NCBI RefSeq assembly: GCF_009914755.1
Contig: NC_060931.1
From: the human T2T-CHM13v2.0 reference genome, Homo sapiens
DNA: 64,000 bases
Strand: one strand, 5' to 3'
Part shown: piece after piece, positions 43,610 to 56,593 of the stretch
Numbering within the stretch: the first letter of the stretch is position 1
How the letters are laid out: each line of letters opens with the position of its first letter
Translations under genes and position numbers: made by a program
Notes under the pieces: generated by a model
The model's database searches: none
The model's input: only the letters and a program-made list of their open reading frames with translations
Told to the model about the DNA's origin: nothing

Positions 43610-45038
43610 GGCCTCTTTTTACTCTCTTCTCCAACCTCTCTCACTATCCCTCAACCTCTTTCTCCTTTCAGTCTTGGTGCCACACTTCAATCTCTCCCTT
43701 GTCTTAATTTCAGTTCCTTTCATTTTCTGGTAGAGACAAAAGAGACACGTTTTATCTGTGGACCCAAAACTCCAGCCCTGGTCACAGACTTGGGAAGACA
43801 GTCTTCTCTTGGTGTTTAATCACGCAGGGATGGCTGCCTGATTATTCACCCACGTTTCAGAGTTGTCTGACCACACGGGGATGCCTGCCTTGGTCCTTCA
43901 CCCTTAGCAGCAAGTACCGCTTCTCTGGGGGGCAGGAACCCCCCAACCCCTTCTCTCCATGTCTCTACCCCTTCTCTGCTTTTCTGGAGCGCAAGAAACC
44001 CCCGACCCCTTCTCTCCATGTTGCTACCCCTTCTCCGCTTTTCTGGGGGGCAAGAACCCCCCACCCCTTCTCTCCATGTCTCTACTCTCTCTTTTCTCTG
44101 GGCTTGCCTCCTTCACTATGGGCAGCCTTCCATCCTCCATTCCTCCTTCTTCTCCCTTAGTCTGTGCTCTCAAGAACTTAAAACCTCTTCACCTCACACC
44201 TGACCTAAACCTAAACGCCTTATTTGCTTCTACAATGCCGCTTGACCCCAATACAGACTCGACAGTGGTTCCAAATAGCCAGAAAACAGCACTTTTGATT
44301 TTTCCATCTTACAAGATCTAGATATTTCTTACCATAAAATAGGCAAATGGTCTGAGGTGCCTAACGTCCAGGCATTCTTTTACACATTGTTCCCTCCCTA
44401 GTCTCTGTCCCCAGTGTGACTCGTCCCAAATCCTCCTTCTTTCCCTCCCGCCTGTCCTCTCAGTCCCAACCCCAAGCATCACTCTTTCTAATCTTCCTTT
44501 TCTACAGACCCATCTGACATCCCCCCTCCTCCCCAGGCCGAGCCAAGTCCCAATTCTTCCTCAGCCTCTGCTCCCCCTACCCTATAATCCTTTTATCACC
44601 TCCCCTCCTCACACCCAGTCCAGCTTACAGTTTCGTTCCACGACTAGCCATCCCCCACCTGCCCAGCAATCTCCTCTTAAAAAGGTGGCTGGAACTAAAG
44701 GCAAAGTCAAGGTTAATGCTCCTTTTTCTGTATCTGACCCCTCCCAGAATCAGTTAGTCTTTCAGCTCTTTTTTCATCAAATATGAAAAACCCAGCCCAG
44801 TTCATGACCCGTTTAGCAGTAACCCTGAGACACTTTACAGCCCTAGACCCTGAAAGGTCAAAATACCATCTTATTCTCAATATACATTTTATTTTATTAC
44901 CCAATCTGCTCCTGACATTAAATAAAGCTCCAAAAATTAAATTCCAGCCCTCAAACCCCACAACAGGACTTAATTAATCTCGCCTTCAAGGTGTACAATA
45001 ATAGAATAGAGGCGGCCAAGTAGCAACTTGTTTCTGAG

Positions 45039-45350
45039 TTGCAATTCCTTGCCTCCACTGTGACAGAAACCCCAGCCACATCTCCAGGACACAAGAACTT
45101 CCAAACGCCTAAAACGAAGTGGCCAGGCATTCCTCCAGGCCCGCCTGCCCCAGAAGCTTGCTACAAGTGCCAGAAATCTGGCCACCGGGCCAAAGAATGC
45201 CCACAGCCCGGGATTCCTCCTAAGCCACGTCCCATCTGTGTGGGACCCCACTGGAAATCGGACTGTCCAACTCACCTGGCAGCCACTCCCAGAGCCCCTG
45301 GAACTCTGGCCCAAGGCTCTCTGACTCCTTCCCAGATCTTCTCAGCTTAG
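45039..45350 (+). pseudogene. HERV-H gag remnant (nucleocapsid zinc knuckle)
   Basis: CYKCQKSGHRAKEC = CX2CX4HX4C; second knuckle degenerate; upstream gag interrupted. Confidence 0.88.
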
Positions 45351-45429
45351 CAGCTGAAGACCGACGCTGCCTAATCACCTCGGAACCTTCCCAGACCATC
45401 ACAGATGCTTTAAGTAACGTTCACAGTGG

Positions 45430-47720
45430 AAGGTTAAGTCCGTCCCCTTCTTAATCAATACGGAGGCTACCCACTCCACATTACCTTCTTTTCAAAGCCC
45501 TGTTTCCTTTGCCTCCATAACTGCTGTGGGTATTGACGGCCAGGCTTCTAAACCTCTTAAAACTCCCCAACTCTGGTGCCAACTTAGACAATACTCTTTT
45601 AAGCACTCCTTTTAGTTATCCCCACCTGCGCAGTTCCCTTATTAGGCTGAGATATTTTAACTAAATCATCTGCTTCCCTGACTATTCCTGGGCTACAGCC
45701 ACATCTCATTGCCACCTTTTCCCCTAGTTCAAAGCCTCCTTCACATCCTCCCCTTGTATCTCCCCACCTTAAACCACAAGTATAGGACGCCTCTACTCCC
45801 TCCTTGGCGACGGATCATCCACCCCTTACCATCTCATTAAAATCTGATCACCCTTACCCCACTCAATGCCAATATCCCATCTCGCAGCACGCTTTAAAAG
45901 GATTAAAGCCTGTTATCACTCGCCTGCTACAGCATGGCCTTTTAAAGCCTATAAACTCTCGTTACAATTCCCCATTTTACCTGTCCTAAAACCAGACAAG
46001 CCTTACAGGTTAGTTCAGGATCTGCGCCTTATCAACCAAATTGTTTTGCCTTTCCACCCCATGGTGCCAAACCCATATACTCTCCTATCCTCAATACCTC
46101 CCTCTACAACCCATTATCCTGTTCTGGATCTCAAACATGCTTTCTTTACTATTCCTTTGCACCCTTCATCCCAGCCTCTGTTCACTTTCACTTGGACTGA
46201 CCCTGACACCCATTAGGCTCAGCAAATTACCTGGGCTGTACTGCCGCAAGGTTTCACAGACAGCTCCCATTACTTCAGTCAAGCCCAAATTTCTTCCTCA
46301 TCTGTTACCTATCTCGGCATAATTCTCATGAAAACACATGTGCTCTCCCTGCCAGTCGTGTCTGACTGATCTCTCAAACCCCAACACCTTCTACAAAACA
46401 ACAACTCGTTTCCTTCCTAGACATGGTTGGATACTTTCGACTTTAGATACCTGGTTTTGCCATCCTAACAAAGTGCAAAAAGAAACCTAGCTGACCCCAT
46501 AGATCCTAAATCCTTTCCCCACTCCTCTTTCCATTTCTTGAAGACAGCTTTAGAGACTGCCCCCTAGCTCTAGAGTCCCTAGCTCTCCCTGACTCATCCC
46601 AGCCCTTTTCATTACCCACAGCTGAAGTGCAGGGCTGTGCAGTAAGAATTCTTACACAAGAACCGGGACCATGCCCTGTAGCCTTTTTATCCGAACAACT
46701 TGACCTTACTGTTTTCCCCAGCTCTCAAGTCTATGTGCAGCGGCCGCTGCCACCCTAATACTTTTAGAGGCCCTTAAAATCACCAACTATGCTCAACTCA
46801 CTCTCTAAAGTTCTCATAACTTCCAAAATCTATTTTCTTCCTCACACCTGACACATATACTTTCTGCTCCCCGGCTCTTTCAGCTGTACTCACTCTTTAT
46901 TGAGTCTCCCACAATTACCATTGTTCCTGGCCCGGACTTCAATCCGGCCTCCCACATTATTCCTGATACCACACCTGACCCCCATGACTGTATCTCTCTG
47001 ATCCACCTGACATTCACCCCATTTCCCCAAATTTCCTTCTTTCCTGTTCCTCACCCTGATCACACTTGGTTTATTGATGGCAGGTCCACCAGGCCTAATT
47101 GCCACACACAAGCAAAGGCAGGCTATGCTACAGCACAAGCCACTAGCCCCTCTTAGAACTTCTCATTTCCTTTCCATCATAGAAATCTACCCTCAAGGAA
47201 ATAACTTCTCAGTGTTCCATCTGCTATTCTACTACTCCTCAGGGATTATTCAGACCCACCCCCCCCCCGCCCACCACCTTCCCTACACATCAAGCTCGGG
47301 GATTTGCCCCCGCCCAGGACTACTAAATTGGCTTTACTCAAAATGCCCCGAGTCAGAAAACTAAAATACCTCTTGGTCTGGGTAGACACTTTCACTGGAT
47401 AGGTAGAGGCCTTTCCCACAGAGTCTGAGAAAGCCACCACAGTCATTTCTTCCCTTCTGTCAGACATAATTCCTCGGTTTGGCCTTCCCACCTCTATATA
47501 GTCCTATAACAGACCGGCCTTTATTAGTCAAATCACCCAAGCAGTTTCCCAGGCTCTTAGTATTCAGTGAAAGAATGGTCTTTTAAAAACACAGCTCACC
47601 AAGCTCAGCCATCAACTTAAAAAGGACTAGACAATACTTTTACCACTTGCCCTTCTCAGAATTCAGGTCTGTCCTCGAAATGCTACAGGGTGCAGCCCAT
47701 TTGAACTCCTGTATAGACGC
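45430..47720 (+). pseudogene. HERV-H pro-pol remnant (protease, RT, RNase H and integrase fragments)
   Basis: Protease site reads FLINTEATHS; RT motifs [19 protein letters not shown] and VLDLKHAFF; integrase KYLLVWVDTFTG*; multiple stops, frameshifts and deletions. Confidence 0.9.
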
Positions 47721-48389
47721 TCCTTTTTATAGGCCCCAGTCTCATTTCAGACACCAGACCAACTTGGACTGCACGCCCCCCCTCCAAAAAAAAAAAAAAC
47801 AAAAAAATAAAAAAACCTGTCATCCCTACTATCTTCTATCTAGTCATACTCCTATTCACCATTCTCAACTACTCATAAATGCCCTGCTCTTGTTTACACT
47901 GCCGGTTTACACTATTTCTCCAAGCCATAACAGCTGATATCTCCTGGTGCTATCCCCAAACTGCCACTCTTAACTCTCTCTTAAAGTAAATAAATAATCT
48001 TTGCTGGCAGGGCTATGCTGAACCTCCTTAGGCACTCTCTAATTAGATGTCCTAGCTCCTCCCAATTCTTAGTCCTTTAATACCTGCTTTTCTCCTTGTC
48101 TTATTCCGTTCTTTTTTCAATTCATACAAAACCATATCCAGGCCATCACCAATAATTCTATACGACAAATGTTTCTTCTAACAACCCCACAATATCACCC
48201 CTTGCCACAAAATCTTCCTTCAGCTTAATCTCTCCCACTCTAGGTTCCCATGCCGCCCCTAATCCCGCTCGAAGCAGCCCTGAGAAACATTGCCCATTAT
48301 CTCTCCATACCACCCCCAAAAATTTTCGCCGCCCCAAAACGTCAACACTATTGTGTTTTATTTTTCTTATTACTATAAGAAGACAGGAA

Positions 48390-48847
48390 TGTCAGGCCTC
48401 TGAGCCCAAGCTAAGCCATCATATCCCTTGTGACCTGCACATAAACATCCAGATGGCCTGAAGTAACGGAAGAATAACAAAAGCGATATTTAAATGGCCT
48501 GTTCCTGCCTTAACTAATGACATTCCACCACAAAAGAAGTGAAAATGGCCGGTGCTTGCCTTAACTGATGACATTACCTTGTGAAATTCCTTCTCCTGGC
48601 TCATCCTGGCTCAAAAAGCTCCCCCACTGAGCACCTTGTGACCACCATTCCTGCCTGCCAGAGAACAACCCCCCCCTTTGCCTGTAATTTTCCTTTACCT
48701 ACCCAAATCTTATAAAACGGCCCCACCCCTATCTCCCTTCACTGACTCTCTTTTTGGACTCAGCCCGCCTGCACCCAGGTGAAATAAACAGCCTTGTTGC
48801 TTACACAAAGCCTGTTTGGTGGTCTCTTCACACGGACGCGAGTGAAA
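48390..48847 (+). promoter_or_regulatory. HERV-H 3' LTR (LTR7 family), preceded by PPT aagaagacaggaa
   Basis: Repeat of the 5' LTR; intact TATAAAA at 48711-48717, ccccaccc box and AATAAA. Confidence 0.95.
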
Positions 48848-51800
48848 CTTATTTGCAAAGCACGGGCTGAATTAACGGGACTATGTTGCCCACAATTAGA
48901 GAAGCAATTGTCTTGTTCAATCATTTTGGGGTTTCCTGTAGAACATAAACTTCTTAATGACAGAAATTACGGGCATATTCACATTTGCCTGACCTACAAC
49001 AGATGCCAAATAAGTTTTCCAGATAAATGACTGAAGGGGTAAATGTGCTCTGGACAGACCTCACCAAGACACTGGGTTTAGCTCTAGGGGGGCAACTATC
49101 TGAAGAGGAAGATAGGCAACCCACTATGAAAGTAACATGCAGGGAAGAATCTGAAAATTATTTATTTGAAACGAGGGGACTTAGGGTGTGCAGCCTAGTG
49201 AAGAAATGTTTTAAAGTTTTGAGGGAATGATTGTTGTCTCCAAATGTCTGAAGGAAGTACCTGTAGAAGGGCATTAGTGAAATAGTTTCCTCCCACTGAC
49301 AGCAAAATCCATGAGAACAGGGAATGTGTCGTGTCATTTTATCTTCAGCATTTGTGGTACAGATTAGGCACTCAGTCAGCATTTATTAAATGATGAATAA
49401 ACGAATGAATAAGGTACAAAAGTCAGATTTGGGCTCAAGTACAGGCAGACCTTCATAAAAGGAGAATTGTTCAAAAATGGAATGCCCTTTCTGGGTGGCA
49501 AGTTTTACAAAATGTAGTCCATAAAAATAAAATGTGGATAACCATCAGCTGGGTTTAATTCTAAGATTTCCTGATTTATGCATGGGACTTCCAATGAGTT
49601 ACTAAATATTTTCTGGGCCAATGGGTTCTGAAAGTTATACCCAAGTATGAATGTGATTGATAATCACACAAACTGCTTCACCAGTGAGATTATCCAGTCA
49701 TCTAGAAAATCATAGTATTAATCCAGAGGCCTCCAGAAAAGAAGCATAAATAGAAAAATTCAATCCATCATTACTGCCCCAGTCTCATTTCAAAATGTTT
49801 TTCAAAAGAAAAACATAGGAATGATAACAAGATTTCAAAGTAGGTATTCTATTAAACTCTTTCAATAAAGCACTTCAAACAATGAAAAGTATGTTTTATG
49901 TGGAGAATACAATTGCTCATGAAAATAGACAAATAAAAACAACAAAAATCTATCCTATTACAGATTTCTATTGAAAAATTGCTGCAATATGCAGACTGAT
50001 TGGGTCATTTTATCTAATCCTATACAATATACAATTTTAGATAATCCTTTCACAGATATGTTTCGATAGTCTATAGTTTTATTGGTTAGGATGTTTTAGG
50101 GAGCTATATTGACCCTCCATGGCCCAAGAATTCATGCCAATTACTTTATCTGATTCCAGAAAATACTCATTTTGTATATTCCCAATCAACAAAATGTTTA
50201 TTTTGGTTTTTCTGAAAATAAGAGCAAGTCAAATCTTCATAGTTAATTATAATTGGACCTCTCTCAAGGTCTTTTCTTGTGTGAAGTACTCAGTGATGGA
50301 ATTATTTCTACTTGAGCACTGTTTAGTCAGGGTTGTAGTTTTTCTAAGATTTTTTTAAACACTGGAATGTTTTGGAAATACAGTCTCCTTTATTAATGTA
50401 AGAGGCCTGCCCGTAAACTTGAGCTAATTCTGTTGAGTCAGGGCTTACTGATAGATTCCTGAATTTACCCAGAGCTTTAAATGTTGTATTCCAAGTGTCC
50501 TTTGCCCTCAAGGACTCAAGGAGTGCATTAATGTAGTTGTCACTGTAATATTTAATAAGAAACCTTGCTTAGGATTTTAGAAACTTTCCATTTGAAGGTG
50601 TTTTTGCTCCTAAATAATACAGAAACTATCAATATACAAATAAGGCTGAGAAGGCAGGAAAGCTCGTTGATTGTACTTACTCTGCAATCCCAGGACACAG
50701 GAAAATGGAACTTAAGAAGCAGGTAGTCCAGAAAGAATAAATCTTCAAGTCTGCTGTTTTTACTATGTGCAATAGTTGAAATTAACTGTCAAATCAGGTT
50801 TTAATCTAGCTAAGTAGATATTTAAAAAAAAGCGATTTGCAGTTAACACAAGCATGTCTGTTATTGTGCCACAAAACTACAAAGGAAGCAACAGGACTGA
50901 ATTGTAACGATGACAACAGATCTCACTACATTTCATGTTTAATATGTTTTGGAAATCCTTTAATACAGAGAGCATTGATTCAAGGCCTCTCTACATGTAA
51001 ATTCAATAACTGTTGACTAATTATATTTTATGCCATGTGTATAAATATTTGTCCAGCTCCTCCATGTGATTGAAAATGGCCTTAAAAATTAAAAGATTTT
51101 CTGCAGTCATGTCTTGTGCCAGCATAGTGCTTTGCTAAGAATAGATACACAATTAACATTGTTTTCTCAGAAGTTGTCACTTCATCTATTGTTTTAAGAA
51201 TAATAGGTCTATCCCTCTGATTTTTTCTTTTTTTTTTTTTTTGCCAATGAGAAAAAAGAAGAGAAAGAGGAAAAAGAATGAGAAAGAGAAAGGTAAGGGG
51301 AAAGAGGAAGAGAAGGAAAATAAAAGCAGAGAAAGAAGAGCCTGCCATTGACTGGATTGCCGTAATTAAAACAATCAATTCTCATTTAATTTATTTGGAT
51401 CATGCTTACACTTATGGTACCTGGGTTGACACCAATTAGTGCTCCATAAATGCTAATTGATGGGTTAGTTGATAACTGCAAAATCTGTATCCACGTGAAG
51501 TCACTGTCATGCTCTGGGGAATCTGGAGGAGGATTTCCAAAGACCCTTTGCAAAGATGGAAAAGTTAAACATTTAGCTTTCTCTCTTCCTCTCCCTCTTG
51601 CAAGTTAAAGCTATCTCTATGTTTTAAATTTATTGTGCAGATAAACAAGCTTAATACTAGTTTCCATAAATTAAAAGAAACACTTTGTCCTTCCCATAAA
51701 CTAGCTGTTAGGTTTATGTAAAGTTACAAATTGTTTTCACTGCTGTATTTATTTTTTGATGGAATGAAGTACAATGTTTTGTAGTCAGAGAAACTGGTAA

Positions 51801-52121
51801 TTGAGTAAGGAACTTACAGATACCCTTGCAAGAATTATCCACATCAGAGTGGCGTGAGCTGCATTAGGTCTGGTCCTCAGCCTGTTTGTCCTCAGTATCT
51901 CTCCCTGTCAATTTTGGCATCTAGTACTTTCTTTAAGTCTTGCCCATTCTGGGAACTTTCCACGATTCCCTTCATCTATAAAAATATCTTATGTCCCTTC
52001 CTTACCGTAGGTTTAATATGGTGATTATTTAAGCTGCGGCACAAAGAGCCTGATAATGACAGGGTGTTATCTTTCCCGGTTGCCACTTTTACTTTTAACA
52101 GGGACTTCAGTGTTTTGTACT

Positions 52122-52235
52122 TATGGTGGCCAATTGTCTTGGTTTGCCTGAAACTTCCCTGGTTTTAGCACTGAAAATCCCACGTCTCAGGAAAGCCCTC
52201 AGTCTTGGACAAACCAGGAAAGGCTGTTTACCATA
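52122..52235. mobile_element. MER81-like hAT-Blackjack MITE
   Basis: 114-bp element with inverted ends and core ttccctggttttagcactgaaaatccc. Confidence 0.75.
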
Positions 52236-52534
52236 AGTGCACTCAAAGAATTCTGTAAAAAATGGCAATTGAGAAAAACTTTTTAGCCTTCTCTCTCAAA
52301 TTGCAGTTCTCAGTTAGAGATTTTCTTAGCCTGTTCTCTCAAATCCCTGCTTAGGACAATCTACCAGGTCTCCTCAGGAGTTCAGCACATTCTGTCTTTT
52401 TTCTTACCCACCACACCCTTCAAGACAAATTTCCCAGATGCTTGGCTCAGTGTGCTCTCTGGGTGATCCAAGCCTCCCCTTGTTTTTGTTTGTTCTATAA
52501 GAGACATTTGCTTCCCAGCCATCCCAGTGTTCAT

Positions 52535-52571
52535 CAACAAGAACAACAACAACAACAGCAACAACAACAAA
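52535..52571. repeat. (CAA)n trinucleotide microsatellite
   Basis: caacaagaacaacaacaacaacagcaacaacaacaa. Confidence 0.9.
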
Positions 52572-52706
52572 ATCAAAGGAGTGACAATCTGTTCTTAGAC
52601 TGTCTTCACAGTTCCCCACCAGAAAAAAGAGTATTCCTTTTCTGCAGCACTTAAATCCTATACTGGCAGCAATGAAAACCCAAGGGAAATTATCTACAAG
52701 TATGAA

Positions 52707-53001
52707 CAGACAGTCCTCAATTTATTTACGAGTTCGACCTACGATTTTTTTGACTTCACAGTGGTGGGAAAGCAATACTCATTCATTAGAAGCCAGACTT
52801 TGAGTAAGTACCCATACAACCATTCTGTTTTTCACTTTCGGTATAGTATTCAATAAATTATCTGAGCTATTCAACACTTTATTATAAAATAGGCTTTGTG
52901 TTAGATGATTTTGCTCAACTGTAGGCTAATATAAGTGTTTTGAGCACTCTTAAGGTAGGCTAGGCTAAGCTACGATGTTCTGTAGGTTAGGAGTATTAAA
53001 T
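52707..53001. mobile_element. MER47A-like Tigger DNA transposon
   Basis: ataggctttgtgttagatgattttgc...aaggtaggctaggctaagctacgatgttc. Confidence 0.8.
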
Positions 53002-53381
53002 AAGCTTATTTTTTATTTATTTGTTTTGTTTGTTATTGTTTCTAGAGATGAAGTCTTGTTATGTTGCCCAGGCTGGGCTGGAACTTGTATTACCTACACC
53101 AATGTTGTTTACCATTAGTTCCCATAAGCAGAGTTTGACTCTTTATCATGCCTGAATTAAAAGAACAATGGCAGTTCCAGCTGCGTAGTTCTATCATCTT
53201 ACTGTATTTCAGATCAATCCGTGGCTTTGGAATGTCCCTCATTTCTCAGGCATTGAGGATTTTCTGGTGATAGAGAAATAAGGGGGCAGAAATTTTAAAA
53301 GGCTCATTGCAGGATTGTTTAACATGCATTTGAACGAAGTAGTTGGTTTTAGTAACAAAAAAAACCTGACTAAATAATTTT

Positions 53382-53741
53382 TATTATGGGCTGAATTGTA
53401 CCCTCCCTCAAGTTCACGTTGAAGTGCTAACCCCTGGTACCTAAGAATGTAACCATATTTAGAGGTAGTGTCTTTCAAGAGGTAACTTAAATGAGGTCAC
53501 TAGGTGGGCGCTAATCCAGTATGACTGGTGTCCTAAAGAGAAAAGGACATGACACATTGACACACTCATAAAAGGAAGAGCATGTAAAGATACAGGGAGA
53601 AGACGGCCATCTTTAAACTAAAGAGAGAGGCCAGAAATATATTCTTCCCCACGGCCCTCAGAAAAATCCAACCCTGCCAAAACCTTGATTTTATTTCTAG
53701 CCTCCAGGATTGTAAGAAACATTTCTGTTTTCTAAGTCACT
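53382..53741 (+). mobile_element. MLT1B/C-like solo LTR
   Basis: tatgggctgaattgt...ctaatccagtatgactggtgtcct...cctccaggattgtaagaaa. Confidence 0.8.
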
Positions 53742-54329
53742 CAGTATCCCCCTTATCTGCAGGGGATACATTCCAAGACCCAAGGTTGATGCCTGAAACC
53801 ACTGATGGTGCCAAACCCTGTGTAAATTTTTCCTACACATACATTCCTATGATAAAGCTTTAAGAAATCAACAATAATAAAATCAAACAAATATAACAAT
53901 ATACTGTAAAAAAAAAGTTACGTGAACATGATCTTTCTCTCAAAATATCTTATTGCATTGTACTCACCCTTCTTGTGACAATGTGAGATGATACAATGCC
54001 TACATGATGAGATGAAGTGAGGCGGATGAGGTAGGCATTGTGATGTAAATGGAAAATTCCAGAAATAAACAATTCATAAATTTTAAAATTGCATGGCATC
54101 CTGAATAGTGTGATGAAGTCTCACTCTTTCCTTTTCCGTCATCACTTAGTACCTATCTTGGTTATCAGATTGACTGTCACTGTTTCCTTGTGCTTGTGTT
54201 CAAGGAACATTTTTTTACTTAATATTGGCCCCAACGTACAAGAGTAGTGATGTAATATTTTCAGAACGGGGATGGCCACAGGTAACTGAACCCATGGAAA
54301 GTGAAACCACAGATAATGGGGGACTACAG
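53742..54329. mobile_element. MER44-like Tigger DNA transposon
   Basis: Inverted termini cagtatcccccttatctg ... cagataatgggggactacag. Confidence 0.8.
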
Positions 54330-55617
54330 TAATGCAGTTTTTTACTAGATAAACACAGAATATACTAAGTGGTCAAAACAGAGCTCTCATTAAAGATGGA
54401 TTTAAAACTTTGCTCGAGACAGGAACCCAGGGTGGGTGGATTAATTACATGCAGTGGGTTTGCACCTGTTTCACTGGAACCTGGACTCTTATTCCTAAGC
54501 ATACAGTAACTTCTCAGCAATCAAAATAGAAAGAAATATAGAGCTTTTCTAACAGCGTGAAAGGATATTTGATTTTCCTTTTTCTTCTAAACTATCAGTG
54601 AAATCACTTGAAAATAGATTTAGGAATGTAATATCAAGTACTTACTTATCTTCCTCTTTTAAATAACCTTGATCACTAATCTCTTATTTTGCCACAACCC
54701 ACACCGTTCCATTCAACCTTGAAAAACCTAATATCCAATTTCATCCCAAAGAGCATTTCTCTATGTACAGCAAATTATGAATATAGTTGAACAAACATTA
54801 AACAGGAACTATATATTAAGGAAAAAATGATCATGGGCTCCTAAAAATAAAAAGACAGGATTAATTCTATGACATGTTGACTATATCTTAATAAAGCTGT
54901 TAGGTATTTTAAAAAAGAACAAACACACCACCATTGTTGGTGGTATCCCTTTACATTTTGCCCTATTTTTTGATGATGTCTTGGAATCATGTAATTCCCT
55001 TCAATTGCTGTTGCTGTTCTACTTTCCCCTTGGGCAACATTTTGGGGTTATTACTCAGACAAAAGAAGAGATAAAGATCTCCAGTGAAAAGTCAGATGGC
55101 TGAGAAAGGTGAAATACCACTGAGCTTGGACCCCGCTTTCCTAGTTTCATTCAGGAAATGTTTGAAGGAATTTGCCATGGTTGTTTTTCACCAGCAGGTC
55201 ATGACACTCGATTCTAACCTTACAATTTTCACAATCAAGCATTCTGGGAACTCCTTCTCTGTCCCTCTCTTCCCCTCAGCTTCTTTCTAGCAGTAGGTGA
55301 AGTGCATCTACTACATTATAGGTCCTGCTTGAGAGTAATTGAAGTCACAGGAGATCTGCCTCTGGTCCTCTTAGGCCAGGTGCCCCTGTGGCCTTGATGG
55401 GGTTGTAGGTGGTTTTGTCATGTCATCAGCAATTCGTAAAGTGGTATGTAGAGAGCAGATATTGCCAGTGAAGTTCCATTTACTTATCATTTGATTTATT
55501 GCAGAAGTTTATAGAAAAGCAGGCCCATTGCCAGTCTCATACTAAGGACTCAGAAAACTAGCTTCTTGAATTGCACTTGAGGGAGAAAGATTTCCTGAGG
55601 CAGCAAATAGTGCTGAG

Positions 55618-55825
55618 GCTAAGTGATCCTCTCGCCTCAGCTTCCTGAGTAGCTAGGACCACGGATGTGCACCACCATGCTCAACAATTTTTTTTTAATT
55701 GTATTTTTTGTAGAGATGGGGTTTTGCTGTTGCCCAGGCTGGTCCCAAACTTCTGGCCTCAAGCGATCCTCCTACCTTGGCCTCCCAAGTGCTAGGAATA
55801 CAGGCATGAGCCACAGTGTTTGGCC
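55618..55825 (-). mobile_element. Partial AluJ
   Basis: Antisense left arm and part of right arm (ggcctcaagcgatcctcctacc). Confidence 0.85.
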
Positions 55826-56495
55826 TGGTCTTTTTACAAATGGAAAACACAGTATCTTTCCTTCTTTCTCTTTACCTGATCTATAAAAAGATACAAATTA
55901 ACTGTTGTTTGCTTATCTCCTGGATGGATTTAATGCTATCTAAGACTGTTTTGTAAAACACCAAAGAAACTTCAGCTAGAGCAAACGCAGCAGCCCTACA
56001 TCAAAATTGTCATTTATCGGTCTTTCGAGAGCTGGTGTCAGAAAACCTATTTTAAACTGGATTAGGCACAAAGAATTTGTCTCTCACAACTAAAAACTCC
56101 AGGAGGCAGTTTCAGGCATTCCAGTATCCAAGGCTTGAAGAGTGTGATCAAACTTGTGTTTTGTTCTTGTTTTGTTAGTTCCCCTACCTATATTTGATTA
56201 TATTAGTTTCATCCCTGGGCTCCACAAAGCTGCCCAGCAGCTCTGGGCTTTCCCTTTATGGTAACAACATGGCTGCAGCAGCTCCATCCTCACCTCTCCT
56301 CATGTTCCAGTTTCAAGGTGACATGGCCTTGTAATTTCCCCTGGGCTAAACTAAATAGTGTTTCCCAGGGCTTTCTTCACTGAGTGTCTCTGAGTGTTGC
56401 TGATTAGAGTTGACCACAGAGAAATCTATGTAAGATTTGTAAGGTCACATTGGAGCAGGAGCACTGTTACTCTTGGAAGGTGGAGGTAGGTCAGG

Positions 56496-56561
56496 CGATC
56501 ATTGCACCACTGCACTCCAGCTTGGGTGAGACAAGGAGACCTTGTCTAAAAAATAAAATAA

Positions 56562-56592
<31 letters not shown>

Positions 56593-56593
56593 T
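56496..56593 (+). mobile_element. Alu 3' fragment with (TAAAA)n tail
   Basis: gatcattgcaccactgcactccagcttgggtga...aaaataaaataaaa. Confidence 0.8.

Larger units (their letters stand above)
42999..48847 (+). mobile_element. HERV-H provirus (common ~5.8 kb deleted form) with two LTR7-family LTRs
   Basis: Direct-repeat LTRs, tRNA-His PBS, PPT, gag/pro/pol remnants, env largely deleted, 5-bp TSD CTTAT (42994-42998, 48848-48852). Confidence 0.97.

Noticed and set aside
43915-44095. Three ~57-bp tandem units resembling a repeat array
   Set aside because: Part of the normal HERV-H leader region; no unique spacers, not CRISPR
44783-47937. Intact or co-opted HERV-H gag/pol/env
   Set aside because: Only fragments of 120 aa or less; protease catalytic Asp absent (NTEA), RT and IN interrupted, env mostly deleted
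52442-52654. Polyglutamine ORF
   Set aside because: It is the translation of a (CAA)n microsatellite; no other coding or splice evidence
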